Shown in pieces: positions 28,164 to 39,147 of a stretch of DNA of 64,000 nt. A model generated the notes under the pieces. It was not told the DNA's origin, did no database searches, and saw nothing but the letters and a program-made list of their open reading frames with translations. The translations under genes were made by a program, and so were the position numbers. Source of the stretch: Syntrophales bacterium (lineage in GTDB: Bacteria > Desulfobacterota > Syntrophia > Syntrophales > UBA2210); assembly GCA_963662405.2 (NCBI GenBank), contig CAXXKT010000001.1, forward strand, positions 2,464,001 through 2,528,000. Reading direction: 5' to 3'. Every line of letters begins with the position of its first letter. Position 1 is the first letter of the stretch.

Positions 28164-29759
28164 CTACCAGCAGTCGATATTGGGGCGTTTCTTGCCCGTG
28201 CGCCTTTCGGGTTTCGGCGCGGAGCGCAGGCCGGTCATGACCCACCGCCGCGTCTCGGCGGGGTCGATCACGTCGTCGATCTCCAGGGTTGCCGCCATGT
28301 TGATCGCTTTCCCGTGTTCGTAGTGCATCGCCACCAGTTCCTCGAACCGCTGTTCCCGTTTTTCGGGATCTGCGATTGCATCCAGTTCCTTTTTGAACCC
28401 GAGCCGCACGGCCCCTTCGAGTCCCATCCCGCCGAATTCGCCGGTGGGCCAGGCGACGATGAAATCGGAGATGTGGAAACTGCCGCCGGCCATGGCCATT
28501 GCGCCGAGGCCGTATCCCTTGCGCAGGACGACGCTGAGAATCGGGATGGTCGCATTGACGGCGTTCGTGAAGATCCGGCAGAAGTGACGGACCTGGGCCG
28601 TTTTCTCCGCCTCCGGTCCGACCATGAAGCCGGGGGTGTCGATCAGGACGAGCATCGGGATGTCGAAGGCATCGCATAACTGGATGAAGCGGGACAGCTT
28701 GTCGGCGCCGTTCGCGTCGACGGCACCGCCGAGGTGGAGGACGTTGTTCGCCACGAGGCCGACCGGTTTTCCCTCGATCCTGATCAGGGCCGTGATGATC
28801 CCGACACCGAATTCCCGTCGCAGTTCGAGGATGGAATCCGTATCGGCCAGGATGTTGATGACCTTCCGGACATCATAGGCCCGGCGGCGGCGCTCGGGGA
28901 TACAGTCACGCAGCAGAAGCTGATCGGGACATTCCCAGTCGGGGAGGTCGCCCTGGAAATAGGAGAGATATTTCTTGGCCGTCCGTACCGCGTCGGCATC
29001 GTCCTCGACGAGGATGTCGACGACGCCGTTGGGTGATTGTACCGACATGGGGCCGACCTGGTCGGGCCGGTATACCCCCAGCCCGCCCCCCTCGATCATC
29101 GCCGGACCGGCCATCCCGATATTGGAATTCTTGGTCGCGATGATCACGTCGCTCTGTCCCAATAGGGCCGCGTTTCCCGCAAAACAGTATCCGCTCACGA
29201 TCCCGACGACCGGGACGAGGCCGCTGAGGCGGGCGTAGTGCGAGAAGGACATGAACTCAAGCCCCGCCACGATTATCTGCATCATGTCCACATCGCCGGG
29301 TCGTCCGCCCCCTCCCTCGGCGAAGAGGATCGTCGGGAGCCGCCATTTGTAGGCGAGTTCAAGCATCCGGTCCTTTTTCTTGTGGTTGAACCACCCCTGG
29401 GTGCCCGCCAGGACGGTATAGTCGTATCCGATGACCATGCAGCGGGTCTCTTCACGGTCGAAGAGGTCGCCGTTGACGGAGCCGATCTCGGCAACCAGAC
29501 CGTCCGCCTGCGTTCGTTTGATCAACTCTTCCATCGGCAGGCGACCGCGCTGGGCGGCGAGGGTGAGAGATCCGTATTCGATGGAATCGTCCGGATCGAG
29601 AAAGTCCGCGATATTTTCGCGGATCGTGCGCTGTCCGGTCTTGCGGCGCTTTGCCACCGCTTCGGGACGCGCATCGTCCATCAGGATCTTGTGACGTTCC
29701 ATCACCTCAGCCAGTTCGGGCCGGATCGCATTCGGGTCTGTGCTCTTTCTGTCGCTCAC
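28164..29759 (-). CDS. Acyl-CoA carboxylase/decarboxylase carboxyltransferase subunit
   Basis: YDYTVLAGTQG, EGGGGRPGD, DTPGFMVG, GGMGLEGAV, DDVIDPAETR. Confidence 0.92.
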   Translation of the reverse strand: MSDRKSTDPNAIRPELAEVMERHKILMDDARPEAVAKRRKTGQRTIRENIADFLDPDDSIEYGSLTLAAQRGRLPMEELIKRTQADGLVAEIGSVNGDLFDREETRCMVIGYDYTVLAGTQGWFNHKKKDRMLELAYKWRLPTILFAEGGGGRPGDVDMMQIIVAGLEFMSFSHYARLSGLVPVVGIVSGYCFAGNAALLGQSDVIIATKNSNIGMAGPAMIEGGGLGVYRPDQVGPMSVQSPNGVVDILVEDDADAVRTAKKYLSYFQGDLPDWECPDQLLLRDCIPERRRRAYDVRKVINILADTDSILELRREFGVGIITALIRIEGKPVGLVANNVLHLGGAVDANGADKLSRFIQLCDAFDIPMLVLIDTPGFMVGPEAEKTAQVRHFCRIFTNAVNATIPILSVVLRKGYGLGAMAMAGGSFHISDFIVAWPTGEFGGMGLEGAVRLGFKKELDAIADPEKREQRFEELVAMHYEHGKAINMAATLEIDDVIDPAETRRWVMTGLRSAPKPERRTGKKRPNIDCW

Positions 29760-30011
29760 GGTCTCTTCCTTTCGTATCTTCGGGATTTCGGTCGGGCCGG
29801 GGATCGTCCCGGATCGGTTTCACAATATCGCAGATGCTACCACTGTATAGGCCTGAAACGGGTTTGCTGTCAAGGGCTCCGTATCCAAAAGAAAAATCGT
29901 CCTTACATCACCACCGTGACTGCCATTACAGCATTTCGTTGACTCTCGGGGGCGTTCATCTTATAGTGCGTCACGGGGGGGATTTTTAACGGATGGGGGG
30001 TAAATCAGGGT

Positions 30012-31454
30012 ATGGGTGGTAGCGGCGTGTCTCTCGAAGAAGTGTTCTCCCCGCGGGGGGTCGCCGTGGTCGGGGCCTCCGAGGTGTCCATGGAAGGAAA
30101 AATTTCCTTCGGCGGACTAGTCGTTCTGGGCCTGATCATGGCTCGGTTTCCCGCCGTGTACCCCGTGAATCCGAGATTCGAGAAATTGCTCGATCTGCCC
30201 TGTTTCCCGGACCTGGTCAGCATCCCCGGTCCCGTTGATCATGTGGTGGTTACCATCCCGGCCGAGGGGAGCCTCGATCTCCTCGATCAATGCGCCGCCA
30301 AAGGCGTCCGGTCGGTGCACTTCTTTTCCGCCGGCTTTGGTGAGAGCGGCGAGAAGGATCGGGTGGATCTGGAACGGGCCATGTTGGAGCGGGCGCGGAT
30401 CGGCAATTTCCGGATCATCGGTCCGAACTGCGTGGGTATCTACGTTCCGAAGAACGGGGTGGTCAATGCCCCGAACCTTCCTCTGGAACCGGGACCCATC
30501 GCCTTCATCTCCCAGAGCGGCGGGCATGCCCAGACCCTCCCCGTCTTCGCGGCCGGCCGGGGCCTGCGGTACAGCAAGGTGGTCAGCTACGGGAACGCGC
30601 TGGACGTGGATGAGTGCGAGCTTCTCGATTACCTGGCCGAGGACCCGGAGACGGAGATCATCGCGGCCTATTTCGAGGGGGTGAGGGACGGACGCCGGTT
30701 TATCGATTCCATGGCGCGGGCGGCGCGTCGCAAACCGCTGATCGTCTATAAGGGGGGGAAAACGGAGGCGGGCAAGCGGGCCGCCTTCGGCCACACGGCC
30801 AGCATGACCAGTTCCACGACCCTCTTCGATGCCGCCTGCCGGCAGGTGAACGCGATCCCGGTCGATAACATCGAGGAGTTGATCGATACACTCGTGGCAC
30901 TGCGGTTCATGCGGTCGATTCCCGCCGGTCCCAACGCGGCCGTAGTCGGCGGGGGCGGCGGACCCAGCGTCCTCGCCAGTGACGATATGGAGATCGAGGG
31001 ACTCCGTGTCCCCCGTCTCTCATCCACGGTACAGGAAGAACTGAGGCGTTATCTCCCCCTGGCGGGGAGTATCTTTACCAACCCCGTCGATACGAACAAC
31101 ATGGTCGTCCCCGACGTCATCTCCTTTACCCTGCGGACCGTCGGCGGCTCGCCCGATATCGATATGATCATCTATCATCTCGGGTTTCATCCCATCGGGA
31201 GTTGGGGCATGGGGCGCTTTTCAACACCCTCCTTTCTCGACCCCGCCATCGAGGCCATCCTCGGTGCCCGTGAGGAGATCGGCAAACCGGTCCTGATGGC
31301 CCTCAGGCCTCCCCAGGACCTGGAGAGCATGAAGGAGTACCTGATGGTCCAGGAGGCCCTGGTAGAGGCGGGACTCCCCGTTTTTGTGTCACTGCGGGAT
31401 ATGGCGCGGGCCATCCATCGCATCATCACCTGGAAGGAGAGAAGAACTAAATGA
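30012..31454 (+). CDS. NDP-forming acyl-CoA synthetase, alpha-type (CoA-binding) subunit
   Basis: VAVVGAS, IGPNC.G, SQSGG, GHTAS, NPVD; no ATP-grasp domain. Confidence 0.88.
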   Translation: MGGSGVSLEEVFSPRGVAVVGASEVSMEGKISFGGLVVLGLIMARFPAVYPVNPRFEKLLDLPCFPDLVSIPGPVDHVVVTIPAEGSLDLLDQCAAKGVRSVHFFSAGFGESGEKDRVDLERAMLERARIGNFRIIGPNCVGIYVPKNGVVNAPNLPLEPGPIAFISQSGGHAQTLPVFAAGRGLRYSKVVSYGNALDVDECELLDYLAEDPETEIIAAYFEGVRDGRRFIDSMARAARRKPLIVYKGGKTEAGKRAAFGHTASMTSSTTLFDAACRQVNAIPVDNIEELIDTLVALRFMRSIPAGPNAAVVGGGGGPSVLASDDMEIEGLRVPRLSSTVQEELRRYLPLAGSIFTNPVDTNNMVVPDVISFTLRTVGGSPDIDMIIYHLGFHPIGSWGMGRFSTPSFLDPAIEAILGAREEIGKPVLMALRPPQDLESMKEYLMVQEALVEAGLPVFVSLRDMARAIHRIITWKERRTK

Positions 31455-32881
31455 AACAGCGGTTCGTGGTTGGCCTGAGAATACTGGGCATCCTGGTTAT
31501 CGGTATCATCATTGCGGCCGGGTGGTATCTCAACAGGGCGATGCCCGTGGGTGTGGGGTATGTGGCAAAGTATCTCTGCTCCAGCACCTTTGTTTCACAG
31601 CGGGACCCCGATACCGTCTTTCAGGAGGACGTGAAACCGGTCAATCCCCTGGCGCACGTGATTCAATGGGAGGTCGACCGGGACGAACGGTCCGTGACGG
31701 CGTCAATGTTCGGGAAAGTGCCGGCGAAGGCCGTCTACCTTGAGGGGTGCGGCTGCACGCTGGTGCGCGGCGTGCCGGAAGAAACGGTGCGAAAGCAGAC
31801 ATTCTATGGTGCCGATCCGGAGAATCGTTTTCTCCGGCCCGACCCCGGCCGTCCCTGGCCGGGGGGGGACGGTCCGGCGGTCGATCCCGTCTCCCTGGGG
31901 GTGGACGGCGTGAAACTTGAGAAGGCGCTGGATGCGGCATTTGCCGAGCCGGGGCCCGATAAGGTCCGCAAGACCCGCGCCGTCGTGGTCGTCTATGACG
32001 GCCGGCTTGTCGCGGAGCGCTACGCCCCGGGATTTGACGCCGATATGCCTCTCCTCGGGTGGTCGATGGCCAAGAGCGTCACCAACGCCCTCGTCGGGAT
32101 CCTGGTACGGGAGGGGGCGCTCGATATCCACCGCCCGGCCCCGGTCCCCGAGTGGCAGGGTCCGGACGACCCCCGACGCGCGATTACGCTCGATCTGCTC
32201 CTGCGAATGAGCAGCGGCCTCGCCTTCGAGGAGCGGTACGATCCCCTCTACGACGCGGTGGACATGCTCTACGGGAGTTCCGATTTCGCGGCCTTTGCCG
32301 CCGATAAATCCCTTGCCTTCGAGCCGGATGCAACGTGGAGCTACTCCAGCGGTACGGCGAATATCATCGCCCGTATCGTCCGGCGGGCGGCGGAGGAGCG
32401 GCATGATCACTACTACGATTTTCTGCGCCGGGAACTCTTCGACCGGATCGGAATGACCAGCGCCCTCATGGAGGCCGATTCGTCGGGGACCTTCGTCGGC
32501 TCGTCCTATTGCCTTGCCACCCCGCGTGACTGGGCCCGCTTCGGTCTCCTCTATCTGCAAGACGGCCTGTGGGGAGGGGAGCGGGTCCTCCCGGCGGGGT
32601 GGGTTGCCTACAGTACGACCCCGACGGAAAAGGCCCCCCGGGGGGAGTACGGCGCCCTCTTCTGACTGAACGCCGGAGCGCCGGATAATCCCGCAAACCG
32701 CCTCTGGCCGAGCGCGCCCCGTGATACCTTTGCTGCAAAGGGATATCAGGAGCAGGCGGTAATCGTTATCCCCTCGCGCAAGGCGGTCCTCGTCCGTTTC
32801 GGGGCGACGTCGCGTCGCACGGCCTGGGATACCGACCGGTTCATCGCCGATGTCGTGGCGGCCCTCCCGCCGGGGGAGTGA
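31451..32881 (+). pseudogene. Beta-lactamase-family serine hydrolase with internal TGA at 32663-32665
   Basis: SMAKS, YSSG motifs; the frame continues 71 codons past the TGA (YGALF*LN..AKGYQEQ..VIPS..VLVRFG). Confidence 0.8.
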
Positions 32882-33029
32882 TTGGGGGGTGCTCGATGGC
32901 AAAGGAACGGGTCTCGAGGAGACAGAAGGACCTATCGCGGCTCCTGCGTGAACGGAGCAGGGTCCGGAAGGATCGTGTCAGGAAGGGGAAACGACATGAG
33001 AAGTGAGGATATACGAGAGAGGTGAAAAA

Positions 33030-33686
33030 ATGATGACGTGGGAAGAAATCTCTGAATTGGTAATGACGCGGCGCTCGGTCCGCCGTTTTGAGGACCGGCC
33101 GGTCCCGGAGGACCTCCTTCTGAAGGCCCTGGAACTGGCGACCTGGGCCCCCAACGGGGGGAATCAACAACCCTGGCGGTTTCTGATTGTTACCAACCGG
33201 GAACTGATCGGGAAGATGGCGGATGCGGTAAGGGGCAAGACCGAACTGATGGCTTCCTGGCCGGAGGCCGGGCAGTTTGAAGAGACCGTGGCGCGATGGC
33301 GGAAGAGTTCCGATTTTTTCCGGGGGGCGCCGGCATGCATCGCGGTCCTGATGGGGCGTTATTCCAGCATCGCCGATCAGATCCTCCGGGAGCGCGGGGA
33401 GCAGGATCCCGTTGCACGCGAGATCCGCTCCTGGCGGGATACCGGGAAGTCCAGCCTCCAGAGTGCGGCCGCGGCCACCGGTTACCTCTGTCTCTTTCTC
33501 CATTATTTCGGTCTGGGGACCACCTGGATGTCCGGTCCCCTGCAGGCCAAGAAGGAGATCGAGGAGCTTTTGGACGTTACCGGTGAATGGGACCTGGTGA
33601 ACCTCGTCCCCGTGGGATATCCGGCGAAGGTGCCCGAGACGCCGCCGCGCAAGCCGATTGAAACGGTAGTCCAATTCTTCCGGTAG
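33030..33686 (+). CDS. Nitroreductase family protein
   Basis: RRSVRRF, WAPNGGNQQPWRF, GLGTTW, VGYP. Confidence 0.9.
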   Translation: MMTWEEISELVMTRRSVRRFEDRPVPEDLLLKALELATWAPNGGNQQPWRFLIVTNRELIGKMADAVRGKTELMASWPEAGQFEETVARWRKSSDFFRGAPACIAVLMGRYSSIADQILRERGEQDPVAREIRSWRDTGKSSLQSAAAATGYLCLFLHYFGLGTTWMSGPLQAKKEIEELLDVTGEWDLVNLVPVGYPAKVPETPPRKPIETVVQFFR

Positions 33687-33791
33687 CCGGCACAACGGGT
33701 GACCCGGAGAATTCCCCTGCCGACGATCTGATGCTGATGCCGCTATTCTGTTTCCAGACTCACCCGTATATTCTTTTGGAAAGGTAACATT

Positions 33792-35891
33792 ATGGAAAAA
33801 CTGTTTTATCCGGCATCGATCGTCATCATCGGCCTTTCTTCAAAACCGAGCAATATCCCCCGGATCACGTTGGAGAACCTGCTCAGGTGGGGATACCGGG
33901 GGCGGATATTCGGTGTCAATCCCGCCGGCGAGGATGTCCATGTCGACGGGATTCGGATGTACCGGAATATCGAGGATCTTCCTGAGGTTCCCGATCTCGC
34001 CTTCTGTCTGGTACCGGCACGGTATGTCCCCGGGATGGTCGAACAGTGCGGCCGGTTCGGGATCACGCGGATGGCGATTCCTACGGGAGGCTTTGCTGAG
34101 TTCAGCGCGGAGGGAGAACAACTTGCCGCCCTCACCCTTGAGAGCGCGCGAAGGTATGGTGTGCGGTTCGTGGGCCCCAACGGGGTCACGGTTGCGAACA
34201 CGGCGAACGGTCTCTGCCTCCCTTTTATCCCGCTCCATCGGGCCCCGGCGGGAGAGATGTCCATTATCGCCCAGAGCGGTGGTGTCTCGCTGATGATGCT
34301 CAATTTCCTTCTGGATGAGAACGTGGGACTCGCGAAATTCGCCAGCATCGGGAACAAACTCGATCTCGATGAGGTCGATTTTCTGGAGTACTTCGGGACC
34401 GATCCCGAGACGAAGATCATCTGCCTCTATCTGGAGAGCATCGTTCGGGGGAGGGCCTTTGTCGAGGCGGCGCGGAAGATCGATAAGCCGATTATTGTCT
34501 ACAAGGCCAACACTACCGGAGCGGGGGGAAAGGCCGCCATGAGCCATACCGCTGCGGTGAGCAATGATGATGATATCATCGATTCCGCCCTGGAGGGGGC
34601 GGGGGTGATCCGCATCCACAATTTTCTCGATTTCTTTGCCATGGCGAAGGCCTTTCAGCTTCCACCCATGAAGGGGAGACGGATAATGGTCATGAGCCCC
34701 GCCGGCGGTTTCTCCGTCCTCACGGCGGACCTGTGCGAAAAGGCGGGATTCGAATTCGCCGACCTGGGTGATGATTTCTATCAGGGATTGCAGAAATTCA
34801 GCAATGCCGGGGTGATCAAGTTCTCCAACCCCCTCGATATGGGGGACATCTATGACCCGCAGCTCACGGCGCATGTGATCTACGCGGTGATGCACTCACC
34901 CCAGGTCGATGGTGTCGTCTTCGTGAGTCAGCGGCCCCAGATGCCCCAGGGGGAGAACGTCTTTCACCGCATGTTCCTGACCGATCTCTCCAAGGAGACG
35001 TGGGGGGCGATCCTCTCCGCCGGGAAGCCTTTCGGGCTCTGCCTCTTCGGGCCGACGCGACAGATTCAGCAGACAAAGCGGTATGTGTCCTTTCCGGTCT
35101 TCGACAGCCCGGAAGAGATGGTCCATGCCCTTGCCGTTCAGATGCGGTTTTACTCCCGTGAGCGGATTACCCCCGCCGAAGAAATCCCCGCGGGGACTGA
35201 TCTGGACAGCGCTTGCGCATGGATGAAGGGGAGGGAAGGGAATTTCGGGGAGGAGGGCCTGGCGCTCCTGCGATCATTCGGGATACCGGTTCCGGAGTCC
35301 TTGGTTGCCCGCGATGCGGATGAAGCGGCAGGGCATGCCGAGCGTCTCGGCTACCCCGTGGTGATGAAGGTGGTTTCGCCGGATGCCCTCCACAAGACCG
35401 ATGCGGGTGGCGTCTTTGTCGGTGTGGGGGATGGTGCCGAAGTGAAGGAACGGTTTGCCGTGATTCGAGATAACCTCTTCCACTTCAAGGCGGAGGCCCG
35501 TTTCGAAGGGGTGCGGTTGCAAGGGCTGGCCCCGGAAGGGTACGACCTGTTCGTCGGGGGGAAGAATGACGAATCCTTCGGTCCCGTGGTCTTTTTCGGG
35601 ATGGGGGGGATCTACGTGGAACTGTTCGGCGATGTGGCCAATACACTCTGTCCGGCGCAGAGTGGCGAGATAAGAAAGCGCCTCGAACGGCTGAAGGCAT
35701 TTTCCGTCCTGGGAGGGTTGCGGGGCCGGAAACGAGGTGACATCGATGCCTTTATCGACCTTGTTGAGAGGGTGTCGCACCTGCTGGCCGCCTTCCCGGA
35801 GATAAGGGAACTGGATATCAATCCGGTGCGGGTCTTCGGCGAGGGGAAGGGTGTGATGGCCCTTGACGCGCGTATGCGGATTCAGCAATAG
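33792..35891 (+). CDS. Acetate/acyl-CoA ligase (ADP-forming), alpha-beta fusion
   Basis: GPN, QSGG, SHTAA, NPLD, ATP-grasp GYPVVMKVVS..HKTDAGGV, ELDINP. Confidence 0.92.
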   Translation: MEKLFYPASIVIIGLSSKPSNIPRITLENLLRWGYRGRIFGVNPAGEDVHVDGIRMYRNIEDLPEVPDLAFCLVPARYVPGMVEQCGRFGITRMAIPTGGFAEFSAEGEQLAALTLESARRYGVRFVGPNGVTVANTANGLCLPFIPLHRAPAGEMSIIAQSGGVSLMMLNFLLDENVGLAKFASIGNKLDLDEVDFLEYFGTDPETKIICLYLESIVRGRAFVEAARKIDKPIIVYKANTTGAGGKAAMSHTAAVSNDDDIIDSALEGAGVIRIHNFLDFFAMAKAFQLPPMKGRRIMVMSPAGGFSVLTADLCEKAGFEFADLGDDFYQGLQKFSNAGVIKFSNPLDMGDIYDPQLTAHVIYAVMHSPQVDGVVFVSQRPQMPQGENVFHRMFLTDLSKETWGAILSAGKPFGLCLFGPTRQIQQTKRYVSFPVFDSPEEMVHALAVQMRFYSRERITPAEEIPAGTDLDSACAWMKGREGNFGEEGLALLRSFGIPVPESLVARDADEAAGHAERLGYPVVMKVVSPDALHKTDAGGVFVGVGDGAEVKERFAVIRDNLFHFKAEARFEGVRLQGLAPEGYDLFVGGKNDESFGPVVFFGMGGIYVELFGDVANTLCPAQSGEIRKRLERLKAFSVLGGLRGRKRGDIDAFIDLVERVSHLLAAFPEIRELDINPVRVFGEGKGVMALDARMRIQQ

Positions 35892-35910
35892 AAAAAGGAG
35901 TAGATAGAAT

Positions 35911-36711
35911 ATGGATCGTGCACGGATAAACGGTATCGATATGGCGTACCGTGTCAGTGGCAAAGGAGAGCCGGTGGTTCTCATCGGGGGGTTCGGTATG
36001 ACCAAGGAGGGATGGGCGGATCAGTTGGTCCCCTTGGAGGAGCGGTTCCAGGTCATCACATTCGACAACCGGGGGGCGGGGGAAAGCACGGTCCCGGTGG
36101 AGCCCTTTACAATAGATGATATGGCGGACGATACGGTTGGTCTCCTCGATTATCTCGGGATCGATGCGGCGTATTTTTTCGGTGTCTCCATGGGGGGGCT
36201 GATCGCCCAGATGCTGGCCCTGGATTATCCCGACCGTGTCCGGAAGGCGGTCCTGGGCTGCACGAGTCACGGCGGCCGGCATGCCGTCCAGCCGAAGCCG
36301 GAGGTCATGGAGGTCCTGGCATCCGTCGCCGCCGTGGGGGTATCGGCCGAAGAGGCGGCGCGGAGGCGACTCCCCATTCTCTTTTCCGACCGGTTTCTCC
36401 GGGAGGAGCCGGGGAAGGTTGAGACCTTTGTCGAACGGTCGATCCGGTATCAGCCGACACCGCAGGGTGCCACCGGGCAGATGCGGGCGCTCAGTTTCTT
36501 CAATGTGAAACGGCGTCTCGGGGAGATCCGTTGCCCCGTCCTGGTGATGACGGGGAGCGAAGACCGTATGATGCCCCCTGAGAATGCCGGGCTCCTGGTC
36601 GAAGGCATCTCCGGGGCCGAGCTGTATATTGTCAAAGGTGCCGGACATAGCTTCTTCCTGGAAAGCCCCGAGGTAGTCATCCGGGTCCTAATCGATTTTT
36701 TCAAGGAATAG
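35911..36711 (+). CDS. Alpha/beta hydrolase
   Basis: FDNRGAG, GVSMGG nucleophile elbow, G.ED, GH. Confidence 0.9.
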   Translation: MDRARINGIDMAYRVSGKGEPVVLIGGFGMTKEGWADQLVPLEERFQVITFDNRGAGESTVPVEPFTIDDMADDTVGLLDYLGIDAAYFFGVSMGGLIAQMLALDYPDRVRKAVLGCTSHGGRHAVQPKPEVMEVLASVAAVGVSAEEAARRRLPILFSDRFLREEPGKVETFVERSIRYQPTPQGATGQMRALSFFNVKRRLGEIRCPVLVMTGSEDRMMPPENAGLLVEGISGAELYIVKGAGHSFFLESPEVVIRVLIDFFKE

Positions 36712-36862
36712 GACGGGACGGGGTATCTCGGGAAGAGGTTTTTTGCCCGGTGTGTCATTATTCCTTGACAGGGGCGTATGCTTTGTATAGTCCCGCAAGG
36801 GAGCCGATGTGTTATTCCATTGAAACGGCGGTTGAACCATTACTATGTGAGGAGGCGTGAAG

Positions 36863-37612
36863 ATGAGGCTGAATGACAAGGTGGCAATCATAACGGGTTC
36901 AGGGCGTGGTATCGGCGAAGGAATCGTTATGCGATTTGTCGAAGAAGGAGCGAAGGTCGTCGTCAATGATGTCAATGAGGCGGATGCGAACGCGGTCGTC
37001 GAAAAGGTGAAGGCCGCGGGCGGTCAGGCCGTGGCCGTTATCGGGAGCGTGGCCTCCCGGGACGTGGTTCAGAACATGGTCGATACGGCGGTCAACCAGT
37101 TCGGTACCCTTGATATCATGGTGAACAACGCCGGCATCACCCGTGATGCCATGCTCCACAAGATGACGGACGAGCAGTGGGACCAGGTGATCGCCGTCAA
37201 CCTGACCGGTGTCTTCTACGGGATTCAGTGCGCGGCGCGGTATATGCGCGAAAAGGGCTCGGGGAAGATCGTCAATATCTCCTCAACCAGCGCCCTCGGC
37301 AACGCGGGACAGCTCAACTATGCCGCATCGAAGGCCGGTGTGATAGGGATGACGAAGACCGCCGCCAAGGAACTCGGTCCCAAGAATGTCAATGTCAACG
37401 CGATCGCCCCCGGGATGATCTGGACCGACATGATGAAGAACATGCCCCAGGATGCGAAGGATCGGTTGGACGCGATGCTCCCCTCCATCGTTCCCCTGAA
37501 CCGCAAGGGGTCGCCCCTTGATATCGCCAATCTGGCGCTCTTTCTGGCCTCCGATGAGAGTTCATTCATCACCGGCCAGGTCATTTTCTGCGAAGGCGGC
37601 ATGAAGATGTAG
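36863..37612 (+). CDS. 3-oxoacyl-ACP/CoA reductase (FabG-like SDR)
   Basis: TGSGRGIG, NNAGITRD, YAASK, NAIAPG. Confidence 0.92.
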   Translation: MRLNDKVAIITGSGRGIGEGIVMRFVEEGAKVVVNDVNEADANAVVEKVKAAGGQAVAVIGSVASRDVVQNMVDTAVNQFGTLDIMVNNAGITRDAMLHKMTDEQWDQVIAVNLTGVFYGIQCAARYMREKGSGKIVNISSTSALGNAGQLNYAASKAGVIGMTKTAAKELGPKNVNVNAIAPGMIWTDMMKNMPQDAKDRLDAMLPSIVPLNRKGSPLDIANLALFLASDESSFITGQVIFCEGGMKM

Positions 37613-37620
37613 GATATTCA

Positions 37621-37650
37621 GGGGGATGATAGCGGTGTTTATCATCCCCC
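37621..37650. terminator. Hairpin downstream of the SDR gene
   Basis: GGGGGATGATA/TATCATCCCCC 11-bp stem. Confidence 0.55.
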
Positions 37651-37804
37651 GTCTTTCCTCCGGCAGTCGGTTACGACAGACATCGGTTGTTGACTGTTCG
37701 TCCTGAACGGTATAAAATCCTTCCCGAAATCGATATATCTTCAGACGGAAGATAAGCGGAAATCTTCCCGGACTACATGCCACCCGGCAGGAAGGAGGGA
37801 ACCC

Positions 37805-38098
37805 ATGCCGATATTTATGATGTTCGGAAAGTATACCAAAGAGGCCTTGGCGCATGCCTCTTCTGAGAGGACCACGGAGGCCATGGAGATCATCAAGCGG
37901 AATGGGGGGAAGGTGATATCGATGTACGCCGTGGCGGGGGAGCACGATCTTGTTTTTACCCTTGACCTCCCCGATATGGAGAAGGCGATGGCCACATCGG
38001 TGGCACTCAACAAACTGACCGGGATATCTTTTACCACCTCCCCGGTCGTCGATGTAGAGCAGTTCGACCGCCTGCTCTCCGAGGTGAAAGATCTCTGA
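37805..38098 (+). CDS. GYD domain protein
   Basis: MP.F...KYT, GGKV...Y...GEHD pattern; 97 aa. Confidence 0.8.
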   Translation: MPIFMMFGKYTKEALAHASSERTTEAMEIIKRNGGKVISMYAVAGEHDLVFTLDLPDMEKAMATSVALNKLTGISFTTSPVVDVEQFDRLLSEVKDL

Positions 38099-38119
38099 AT
38101 GAGATGACCATGACGATTA

Positions 38120-38968
38120 TCACGACGCGATCAGGACCAGGGCCGCCAGGGCGACGGCAACGCCGAACCACTGGCGCGCACCGAGACGTTCCCTCAGAAT
38201 CAACCAAGCGAGCAGGACGGTTACGGCGGGGTACAGTGAGGTAAGGATCGTTGAAACATCGAGTCTTCCCAGGCTGGATGCGAGGGCGAAGAGGATGTTC
38301 CCTGCGGCGTCGAAGATCCCCGCGAAAAGGATGATGAGAAACAGGCGTACGCCCCACGGGGAGGCCGTTTTCTCGCGGCGCGTCGTGATGAATATCGATA
38401 CCATCGCAATCGAGACGACCCGCGCCGCCGCCAGCGGCCAAAAGATGGCGGTCTCGCTGACCTGATTGATGCAGATAAAGAAGAGGCCGAAGCCCGCTCC
38501 GGCGAGGACGGGGAGTCCCACCTCGCGAGTGCGGATTGAAACGGCACCGTTGCCGCCTGCGAGATACCAGATCGCGCAGATTCCCAGCAGGAGACCGGCC
38601 GTATGACCCGTTGAGGGGGTTCCTTCCAGGAAGATCCCGATGATAATGGGAAGGACGGCTCCCACGACGGCACTGATCGGAGCGACGATCCCCATGCGCC
38701 CGGCGGAGAGTCCCGTGTAAAGGGCGATAAGCCCGAGTGTCCCGAAGAGACCGGCCAGTCCGCCGAAAAGCAGGTTTTCGCCGGAGGGGATTGCCTCACC
38801 CAGCGCGACGGCCAGCGCAAGCAGGAGTATGAGGCCGAAGATCTGTGATACGACGATGACGCCGAAGACACTGCTCCGTTTCGTCGCCAGCCCGCCGCAG
38901 AAGTCGCCGGTGCCGAAACTCACCGCTGCAGCCAGGCCGCAGATCATCGCCAAAGCCTCCAATCCCAT
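38120..38968 (-). CDS. EamA/DMT family transporter
   Basis: About 10 TM segments, G.GDF.GG, G.MGIVAP, SLYPAVTVLLA...L.ERL. Confidence 0.88.
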   Translation of the reverse strand: MGLEALAMICGLAAAVSFGTGDFCGGLATKRSSVFGVIVVSQIFGLILLLALAVALGEAIPSGENLLFGGLAGLFGTLGLIALYTGLSAGRMGIVAPISAVVGAVLPIIIGIFLEGTPSTGHTAGLLLGICAIWYLAGGNGAVSIRTREVGLPVLAGAGFGLFFICINQVSETAIFWPLAAARVVSIAMVSIFITTRREKTASPWGVRLFLIILFAGIFDAAGNILFALASSLGRLDVSTILTSLYPAVTVLLAWLILRERLGARQWFGVAVALAALVLIAS

Positions 38969-39147
38969 TAGGTCCTCCGTGTCGTTCGTATCGCCTCCGC
39001 TCCTAGTGCCTTTCTCCGGTGATGTCAAGTAAATTGCGCCCCTCGTCTTGTGCCGGTTCGGAGCGGAACCATCATTCTCTCTTGCTTTTTCTTTTCTCCA
39101 TCGATTATATGGATGGTCACTGAACTGCGGGAGAGAGTGCGAGAGCC

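Noticed and set aside
32663..32665. In-frame TGA as selenocysteine or an alternative genetic code
   Set aside because: It aligns with Trp, not Cys; I see no convincing SECIS; many other genes here use TGA as a normal stop.
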